The translations under genes and the position numbers were made by a program. The notes beneath the pieces were generated by a model. That model was not told where the DNA came from, made no database searches, and worked only from the letters and a program-made list of their open reading frames with translations. This document shows, piece after piece, positions 54,817 through 64,000 of a stretch of DNA of 64,000 nucleotides. The DNA is from Deltaproteobacteria bacterium (GTDB taxonomy: Bacteria > Desulfobacterota > Desulfobaccia > Desulfobaccales > 0-14-0-80-60-11): positions 22,838 to 86,837 of the forward strand of contig JASEFS010000011.1 in assembly GCA_030018495.1 (NCBI GenBank), in the 5' to 3' direction. Each line of letters begins with the position of its first letter. Within the stretch, counting starts at the first letter, position 1.

Positions 54817-55299
54817 TTACTTCTTGTAGCCGAACTGCCGCAAGATATCGTAGCGCCAAGCCTTGCCGTGTTCCGCCTCTACACCCTTGGGCGAGAAGCC
54901 GTCCACCACTCCCAGGATGCCGCGCCCCTGCTCGGTCTGAGCCAGGATGACCTCCACCGGGTTGGCGGTGGCGCAAAAGATGCGGCACACCTCGGGACAC
55001 ATTTTCACCGCGTTCAGGATATTTATAGGAAAGGCGTTTCTAAGGAGAATATTGAAGGTATGCCCCGCGGCCATGCGGCGGGCGTTTTCCGAGGCTGCGG
55101 CCTGCAATTCGGGGTCGTTGCCTTCCACCCGGATGAGGCATTCGCCGGAGGATTCGGAAAAGGCCAAGCCGAACTTTATGCCTGGCACGGTTCCCACCAT
55201 AATTTCGTAGAGGTCTTCCACGGTCTTGATGAAATGGCTCTGCCCCAGGATGATATTGGCTCCTTCCGGAATGACCAGCTGCTCCACCACCAATTCCAT
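54817..55299 (-). CDS. Adenosine-specific kinase family protein (PF04008 type)
   Basis: ILGQSHFIKTVEDLYE...PGIKFGLAF...FPINILNAVK...RGILGVVDG matches my recollection of this family. Confidence 0.75.
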   Translation of the reverse strand: MELVVEQLVIPEGANIILGQSHFIKTVEDLYEIMVGTVPGIKFGLAFSESSGECLIRVEGNDPELQAAASENARRMAAGHTFNILLRNAFPINILNAVKMCPEVCRIFCATANPVEVILAQTEQGRGILGVVDGFSPKGVEAEHGKAWRYDILRQFGYKK

Positions 55300-55615
55300 A
55301 GGTGCGCTTCTCCCTTTTTTCTGATTGCACCGCTTTTTCTTAGCTTACATTGTCACAAGGGGCCCAAGCAAGAGGAAACCGCGCCCGGTGTCGGCTGCTG
55401 AAATCCCTTCCCGGACCCTGAAATTTCTGGTAATATAGTATTTTGCTTTGTCTGGAGAAATTAATTTTCTCAGGGGGGACTGAACCATCTTCTGCTGCGT
55501 CCTGGCCAGCCGTCGTTCCTGCCTTCTGGTAATTCTGATTGCGGTTTCGCTCAGCCTGGCCCCGGTCTTCGCCGGTCCGGCCCGGTGTGAAATCAAAATC
55601 GGCCTCTATCTCCCC

Positions 55616-56635
55616 ATGAGCGGCGCGGCCGCGGCCATGGGCCAGATGGTCTGGGAAGGGGTGCAGACCGCCCATGAGATGCAGCCAAAGATTTTAGGGC
55701 AGGAGACCAAGCTGTTTTTGGTGGACACCAAAAGCGACAAAATCGAAGCTGCCAACGCGGTGTCCCGCCTCATAGAGAAAGAGCAGGTGGCGGCCATCAT
55801 CGGGGAAGTGATCTCCAGCGACACCTTGGCCGGAGTGCCCATAGCCGAGCGAGCCCGGGTGCCCAATATTTCCCCCACTGCCACCAATCCGCTGGTGACC
55901 CAGAACCGGCAGTACGCCTTCCGGGCCTGCTTTGTGGATGACCTCCAGGGCAAAGTGGCGGCCCGCTTCGCTTGGGAGCACCTGAAGGTCAAGCGGGTGG
56001 CGGTGCTCATCGACCAGGCCCAGGATTACTGTGTCGGGCTGGCCACTTTTTTCATGCGGGAATTCAAAAAGCTGGGCGGCGAGATCGTCTCCATCAGCTA
56101 CATCCAGACAGGCGACCAGGATTTCACCGCGCAGATATCGGCCTTCCGGGGCAAGAACCCGGATTTGCTCTACGCCCCCAACTATTACGCCGAAAACGCT
56201 CTTTTGGCCAAGCAGATGCAGGGACTGGGGGTGAAGGTGCCCATCCTCACCGGCGACGGGGCTCAGGTGCCGGAGTTGCTGTCCATCGGCGGCAAGGCTG
56301 TGGAGGGCATGTACTTCACGGCTCACTTCCACCGGCAGGGAGCCGCCACGGAGCTGGCCCGGGAGTTTTTAAAGGCTTACGAATCCAAGTATAATAAAGA
56401 ATTGGACGCGTTCTCGGCCTTGGGCGCAGACTCCTATTTTCTGCTGCGCCAGGCCATGGAGGCCGCGGGCGCCGCGGACGGCCCCAAAGTCGCCCAGACC
56501 CTGGCGAATACAAAAAACTTCCCCGGCGTCACCGGCGCCATCACTATGGGCCAGGATCACAACCCCATAAAGGGCGTGGTGGTGATCAAGGTGGAGAAGG
56601 GCAAATTCGCGTATCAGACGACGATAAAGCCGTGA
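55616..56635 (+). CDS. LivK-type ABC transporter substrate-binding protein
   Basis: Periplasmic binding protein type I pattern (IIGEVISSDTLA, TGDGAQ). A signal-peptide-like sequence is in frame upstream but has no ATG, GTG or TTG. Confidence 0.8.
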   Translation: MSGAAAAMGQMVWEGVQTAHEMQPKILGQETKLFLVDTKSDKIEAANAVSRLIEKEQVAAIIGEVISSDTLAGVPIAERARVPNISPTATNPLVTQNRQYAFRACFVDDLQGKVAARFAWEHLKVKRVAVLIDQAQDYCVGLATFFMREFKKLGGEIVSISYIQTGDQDFTAQISAFRGKNPDLLYAPNYYAENALLAKQMQGLGVKVPILTGDGAQVPELLSIGGKAVEGMYFTAHFHRQGAATELAREFLKAYESKYNKELDAFSALGADSYFLLRQAMEAAGAADGPKVAQTLANTKNFPGVTGAITMGQDHNPIKGVVVIKVEKGKFAYQTTIKP

Positions 56636-56934
56636 CCTTGCCAATTTCTGTCGATAAGGAGCGTCTCGCCGACTTCTGCCGGCGTTGGAACATCAGCGAA
56701 TTCGCCCTCTTCGGGTCGGTCCTGCGAGATGATTTCGGGCCCGAGAGCGATGTTGACGTGCTGGTAAGCTTTGGCCCCGGGGGCGGAATTTCTTTTGATA
56801 ACCGGGTGCAAATCCTTGAGGAACTTGAAGAAATGTTTGGCCGCAAGGTAGATTTGGTGGTCAAAAAAAATCTGCGGAATCCCTTTCGGAGGCGCGCCAT
56901 TTTAAATTCTCGAGAAATTCTTTATGCAGCCTGA
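56632..56934 (+). CDS. mntA: MntA-type nucleotidyltransferase antitoxin
   Basis: FALFGSVLRDDFGPESDVDVLV is the minimal NTase GS...DxD motif. The GTG start overlaps the upstream TGA stop. Confidence 0.88.
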   Translation: MTLPISVDKERLADFCRRWNISEFALFGSVLRDDFGPESDVDVLVSFGPGGGISFDNRVQILEELEEMFGRKVDLVVKKNLRNPFRRRAILNSREILYAA

Positions 56935-57280
56935 CGAGAGAAATGCCGCTTACCTATTCGATATGCTAAAAGCGGCCGAAAAGATTCAGCGCTACATCGA
57001 AGGCAAGAAGTTTGGTGATTTCACTGCGGACGAATTGCTGCGGGATGCCGTGGAACGAAATATCGAAATTATCGGCGAAGCGGCACGGCGCCTTTCCGAA
57101 TCTTTAAAGCGGGAGCATCCAGAAATTCCCTGGCCAAAAATCATCGCGCAGCGTAATGTTTTGATCCATGAATATAACGACATTGATGTGGAGGAAATTT
57201 GGGAGGTGGCAAGCTTCCACATACCCAGATTAACAATGTTGATTAAAAAGATAATGCCGCCAATCCCTTCTGAGGAATAA
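56924..57280 (+). CDS. hepT: HepT-type HEPN (DUF86) toxin
   Basis: RNVLIHEY matches the Rx4HxY HEPN motif. It overlaps mntA by 11 nt. Confidence 0.88.
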   Translation: MQPDERNAAYLFDMLKAAEKIQRYIEGKKFGDFTADELLRDAVERNIEIIGEAARRLSESLKREHPEIPWPKIIAQRNVLIHEYNDIDVEEIWEVASFHIPRLTMLIKKIMPPIPSEE

Positions 57281-57283
57281 GCT

Positions 57284-57364
57284 TACCCAAGTTGCACTTG
57301 GGAATGTAAGATTTGCCAAGCTGAGCTTGGCGGCAAGGACGTTCCCAAGCAGAGCTTGGGAACG
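57284..57364. repeat. Three tandem related hairpins (CCAAG-N3-5-CTTGG cores)
   Basis: CCCAAG-ttgca-CTTGGG; GCCAAGC-tga-GCTTGGC; TTCCCAAGC-aga-GCTTGGGAA. Confidence 0.8.
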
Positions 57365-57440
57365 AGTTATAGGCATTGAAGGTTGAGAACCGGATAAGAA
57401 TTAGAAATCGGTTGCCTTGAAACAGCAAGATCTATTCAAC

Positions 57441-59894
<2,454 letters not shown>

Positions 59895-60929
59895 GGTCGT
59901 CGCCGTGATCGGGGCCGGAAGCTGGGGCACCGCCCTGGCCCAGCTCCTGGCGGAAAAAACCAGGCCCGTGCGCCTTTGGGTCTTTGAGCCCGATCTCTAC
60001 CAGTCACTGTGCCGGAAGCGGGTCAACACCGCATTCCTGCCCGGCGTGCCCCTCTCTGCCCAGATCAGTTACCATCAGGACTTTAACGAAGCTTTGCAGG
60101 ACGCGGCCGTGGCCGTGATGGCCGTTCCCTCCCATGTGTTTCGGGACGTGCTCAGGCTGGCCAAATCGCATTTGCCGGAGAAAGCGGTGCTGGTCAGCGC
60201 CACCAAGGGCATAGAGATCGACTCGCTGCTGACCATGGAAGGCGTGGTCCGGGAGGAGTTGGGGCCGGAAGCGCCCTATGCGGTGCTTTCAGGCCCCAGC
60301 TTCGCCCGGGAGGTGGCCCAAAAGCAGCCCACCGCGGTAACCATCGCCAGCCGCCACCAGGATGCGGCCCGCCTGCTGCAGCGCCTGTTCTCCACCCCTT
60401 ATTTCAGGGTGTACACCAGCTACGATGTTACCGGGGTGGAATTGGGCGGGGCTCTCAAAAACATCTTTGCCATCGGCACCGGCATTTTGGAAGGCATGAA
60501 CCTGGGAGACAATCCCCGAGCCGCCCTGATCACCAGGGGCTTGGCGGAAATGACCCGGCTGGGCGTCCGCCTGGGGGCCAACCCCATGACCATGAGCGGC
60601 TTGGCGGGCCTGGGGGATTTGGTGCTCACCTGCACCAGCACCCAGAGCCGGAATTTTCAAGTGGGCTTGAAGTTAGGACAGGGCCATCCGCTGAACGAGA
60701 TTTTGGCCGGCATGCACATGGTGGCCGAAGGGGTCAAGACTTCCCGCGCCGTGTATCTGCTTGCTCAACGCCTGGGAGTGGACATGCCCATAGTTGGGGC
60801 GGTGTATCACATCCTCTATGAAGGCCTTGTTCCCAAGGAAGCCATAAAAAAGTTAATGTCCCGGGAACTCAAGGACGAACTGGAAGCCATGACGGAAACC
60901 TGGTAGAGTTAAGGAACTGCGGAGGAATC

Positions 60930-62306
60930 ATGAAAAAACCCGAGCCGGTGGCTGTTCAAGATGAACGGCCCACTGAATTCCCCTTATTCGATACGCACAT
61001 CCCGTGCCTGGGAGTCCCCAAGGTGGAATCTCCCATCCAAAGAACGGTATTGTTCACCAGGGACGGCAGGCAGGTGGAGAAAAGCTTTGTTTCGGATAAT
61101 GAAAGGGTTCTGGTGTATGACTCCCTGGATTATCTCAAGCAGCTGGCCCCCGGCGAAATGCCCCTCATGTTTGAACTGGCCGGCCCCCGGGAAAAAGTCT
61201 ATTTCGATTCCGCCAAGGTGCACTGCGCCATAGCCACCTGCGGGGGCCTGTGCCCGGGCACCAACGATGTCATCCGCGCCATTGTCCTGGAGCTCTACCA
61301 TCTTTACAAGGTGCGCCATATTTTCGGAGTGCGCTACGGCTTTCAAGGATTTATCCCCCGATACGGCCATGACCTGATGACTTTGGGTCCCGAAGAGGTG
61401 GTCAATATTCACAGCTTCGGCGGCACCATCCTTTCATCTTCCCGGGGCCATCAGAACATCGCGGAAATCGTGGATGCCCTGGAGCGCCTCAATGTCCGCA
61501 TCCTGTTCCTTATCGGAGGAGACGGCACTCTCCGGGCGGCCGACAAGATTTGCGAGGAAATCACCGCCCGTGACCTGCGCATCAGCGTCATCGTGATCCC
61601 CAAAACCATCGACAACGACATCCCTCTGGTGTCGCGCTCCTTCGGCTTTGACACCGCGGTGGAGATGGCCACCGACGCGATCCGGGCGGCGCACACCGAG
61701 GCTCTGGGCGCGCCCAACGGCATCGGCCTGGTCAAACTCATGGGGCGCTACTCCGGGTTTGTGGCCGCCAACGCTGCTTTGGCCCTACGGGAAGTCAATT
61801 TTGTGCTCATCCCGGAGTCGGATTTCGACTTGGACGGGGACTGCGGTTTGCTGACCAACCTGGAAAACAGGTTGAGGGAACGGAACCATGCCGTAATCGT
61901 GGTGGCGGAAGGCGCGGGCCAAAAATTCTTCAAAGAGGAAGAACTTCCTCGGGACCCCTCCGGCAACATCAAGCCCGGGGACATCGGCATGCTTCTGGTG
62001 GAGCGCATTCAGGCCTACTTCCGGGCCAAAGGCATGGAAATCAATTTAAAGTACATTGACCCCAGCTACATCATCCGGAGCATGCCGGCCAATTATAACG
62101 ACCGTATATATTGCGGTTTTTTGGGGCAAAACGCGGTGCACGCGGGCATGGCCGGCAAGACTGCCATGCTGGTGTCGCGCTGGCACGGCCACTACGTGCA
62201 TGTGCCCATAAAGGCCACGGTGGGGAAGACCAAAGAAGTAAACCTGGATTCGCCCTTATGGCGCAGCGTGCTGGAGTCCACCGGGCAGCCGCCGCTGAAA
62301 AATTAA
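60930..62306 (+). CDS. pfk: 6-phosphofructokinase (GGDG motif, so probably ATP-dependent)
   Basis: TCGGLCPGTNDVIR, IGGDGTLRAA, PKTIDNDI and MGRYSGF. Confidence 0.9.
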   Translation: MKKPEPVAVQDERPTEFPLFDTHIPCLGVPKVESPIQRTVLFTRDGRQVEKSFVSDNERVLVYDSLDYLKQLAPGEMPLMFELAGPREKVYFDSAKVHCAIATCGGLCPGTNDVIRAIVLELYHLYKVRHIFGVRYGFQGFIPRYGHDLMTLGPEEVVNIHSFGGTILSSSRGHQNIAEIVDALERLNVRILFLIGGDGTLRAADKICEEITARDLRISVIVIPKTIDNDIPLVSRSFGFDTAVEMATDAIRAAHTEALGAPNGIGLVKLMGRYSGFVAANAALALREVNFVLIPESDFDLDGDCGLLTNLENRLRERNHAVIVVAEGAGQKFFKEEELPRDPSGNIKPGDIGMLLVERIQAYFRAKGMEINLKYIDPSYIIRSMPANYNDRIYCGFLGQNAVHAGMAGKTAMLVSRWHGHYVHVPIKATVGKTKEVNLDSPLWRSVLESTGQPPLKN

Positions 62307-62440
62307 ATCAGGCCCGACCTCACCAAAACCTCGGAGAGAACCGGAAGCTTCGATATGCAAAATTTTCTGAATCGCTTTGTAAGGGGGTTTAACTTAGCCG
62401 GCCGGGTCACGGAATGTAATATGCGCATCGCATTATAATT

Positions 62441-62839
62441 ATGGGAGAAAACAATAAACAACCGGCCTTCGCCTGCCGTCAGTGCGGCGAGTGCTGCTGC
62501 GGCGATAAGGGCATCCTGGTCACCCCCTCGGAAGCCGAAGCACTGGCCGCGTTTCTCCGCCTCACCCTGGAGGAGCTGCAAAGCCGCTTTTTGATTGATT
62601 CGCCCCTGGGACCCCAGCTTGCCACCTTAAACGGGGCCTGCGTTTTCCTGGCGGACAACCGCTGCCGGGTCCATCCCGTGAAGCCCCGGATTTGCCGGGA
62701 GTGGCCCTTTTTGCCGGCCCTCCTGAAACACGCGGATGAATTCGAAGCCGCCAAAGAGGCCTGTCCGGGGTTGGCTCAAGGCTGCTCCCATGAAGAGTTC
62801 CGTCTATTAGGGAAAGCCGGAGGGCATACAATAGCTTGA
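62441..62839 (+). CDS. YkgJ family cysteine-cluster protein
   Basis: CRQCGECCCG ... CVFL...NRCRVHPVKPRICREWPF. Confidence 0.8.
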   Translation: MGENNKQPAFACRQCGECCCGDKGILVTPSEAEALAAFLRLTLEELQSRFLIDSPLGPQLATLNGACVFLADNRCRVHPVKPRICREWPFLPALLKHADEFEAAKEACPGLAQGCSHEEFRLLGKAGGHTIA

Positions 62840-62918
62840 CTTGAAGGGAGGAAGCAGGGGCCGCAGGACTCCTGGCCTCTTTTATGGAATTTCAAACAAA
62901 GACGAAAGAGAGTTTCTT

Positions 62919-63677
62919 ATGCACTTAAACCGCAAGTTCTTTCTGACCCTGATTTCTCTGCTTCTTTTTCAGGCTATATCCTTTGGCGCGGCGACCGCCG
63001 ATACCGCCAAAACCGCCTATTCGGAGGGGCTGGAAGCCTTGCGGACAGAAAACGCCCAACTTGCGGTGGAAAAATTTACTGAAGCTGTTAAAGCGGACCC
63101 CAATTGGGTGGAGGCCTATATCAACCGGGGCGTGGCTTACCGCCGCTTGGGGAAATATCAGGACGCGATGGCGGATTTTGACCAGGCCCTCAAGCTGGCC
63201 CCCAAAGCCGCGGAGGCCTATTACAACCGGGCCATTGTCCTGAGTCAGCAAGGCCTCTTCCGGCAGGCCGTCGATGATTACACCCAGGCTTTAAAATACG
63301 CTCCCCAGGACTGGCAAGCCTATTACAACCGGGGCAACGCCTATCTGGATATGAACCAGCCCCAGGAGGCCCTGAAGGATTATGGGCGGGCTTTGGAATT
63401 GCAGCCCGATTCCCCGGATATCATTCACAACCGGGGAGTGGCGAACCTGCTGTCCGGCCAGGCTGAACAGGCCCTGCGGGACTTTCGCCGGGTGACCGCG
63501 CTGAATCCTTTGTATGCCCGGGCCTACTTCAACCAGGGGAAAGCCCTGGAGGCCTTGGGGCGGCAAGCCGAAGCCGCCCAAGCCTATCGAAAATTTCTGG
63601 AAGCCGCCGATCCGACGGCTGACAAGGCCCTCATGGAGCAGACCTTGCAGCACCTCAAAAACTTGGAAGCGAAATAG
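62919..63677 (+). CDS. Secreted TPR repeat protein
   Basis: Signal peptide MHLNRKFFLTLISLLLFQAISFGAATA, followed by repeated A..Y.NRG.AY..LG....A..D...AL motifs. Confidence 0.88.
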   Translation: MHLNRKFFLTLISLLLFQAISFGAATADTAKTAYSEGLEALRTENAQLAVEKFTEAVKADPNWVEAYINRGVAYRRLGKYQDAMADFDQALKLAPKAAEAYYNRAIVLSQQGLFRQAVDDYTQALKYAPQDWQAYYNRGNAYLDMNQPQEALKDYGRALELQPDSPDIIHNRGVANLLSGQAEQALRDFRRVTALNPLYARAYFNQGKALEALGRQAEAAQAYRKFLEAADPTADKALMEQTLQHLKNLEAK

Positions 63678-63721
63678 GGAAAACGCCGGACGCTGGCCTT
63701 TTCTTGTAATTTGCTTTTTTA

Positions 63722-63752
63722 CCGAAAACTGAAAACTGAAAACCGAAAACCG
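63722..63752. repeat. Heptamer array (GAAAACY family) 8 nt upstream of the metG start
   Basis: ccgaaaactgaaaactgaaaaccgaaaaccg. Confidence 0.8.
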
Positions 63753-63759
63753 TACTTAA

Positions 63760-64000
<241 letters not shown>

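Noticed and set aside
57243-57428. A 61-aa minus-strand ORF (…FPSSAWERPCRQAQLGKS…) upstream of gyrA.
   Set aside because: Its sequence is simply the translation of the three tandem hairpins, and it has no start context.
62434-62439. A TATAAT hexamer 1 nt upstream of the ykgJ-family ATG, considered as a leaderless-mRNA promoter.
   Set aside because: A -10 box ending 1 nt before the ATG would place the transcription start inside the ORF, so it is not compatible with this start codon.

Overview
This window is a GC-rich bacterial core locus for translation and transcription. Almost all of it is transcribed on the minus strand in the classical order: tRNA-Thr/Tyr/Gly/Thr, tuf, rpmG, tRNA-Trp, secE, nusG, rplKAJL, rpoBC, rpsLG, fusA, tuf, then the S10, spc and alpha operons. 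Gene content and protein sequences look deltaproteobacterial (Desulfobacterota-like), but the taxon cannot be fixed from sequence alone.

Housekeeping genes flank this block.
- Left flank: a radical SAM gene, pth, prs, ispE, serA, a serC-like gene and an NlpC/P60 gene.
- Right flank: selA, hup, an lptF/G-family gene, motAB, comEC, an SLT gene, a sugar nucleotidyltransferase, a LivK-like binding protein, an MntA/HepT toxin-antitoxin pair, gyrA, gpsA, pfk and the start of metG.

I found no CRISPR array, prophage, transposase or rRNA.

The main unexplained signal is structural. About 18 intergenic spacers, mostly inside the normally tightly packed ribosomal-protein operons, are expanded to 60-150 nt. 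They are filled with tandem heptanucleotide arrays from five sequence families, usually arranged as inverted arms that would form long imperfect hairpins in the polycistronic mRNA. In the minus-strand operons one arm starts 0-9 nt after the upstream stop codon.

One of these modules, between rplW and rplB, encloses a four-helix-bundle gene of the 23S rRNA intervening-sequence protein family. This suggests IVS-like cassettes have colonised mRNA spacers. Two other small repeat classes are present: a 54-nt double-hairpin element in two copies, and a tandem triple hairpin upstream of gyrA. There are also two nucleotide-identical tuf copies.
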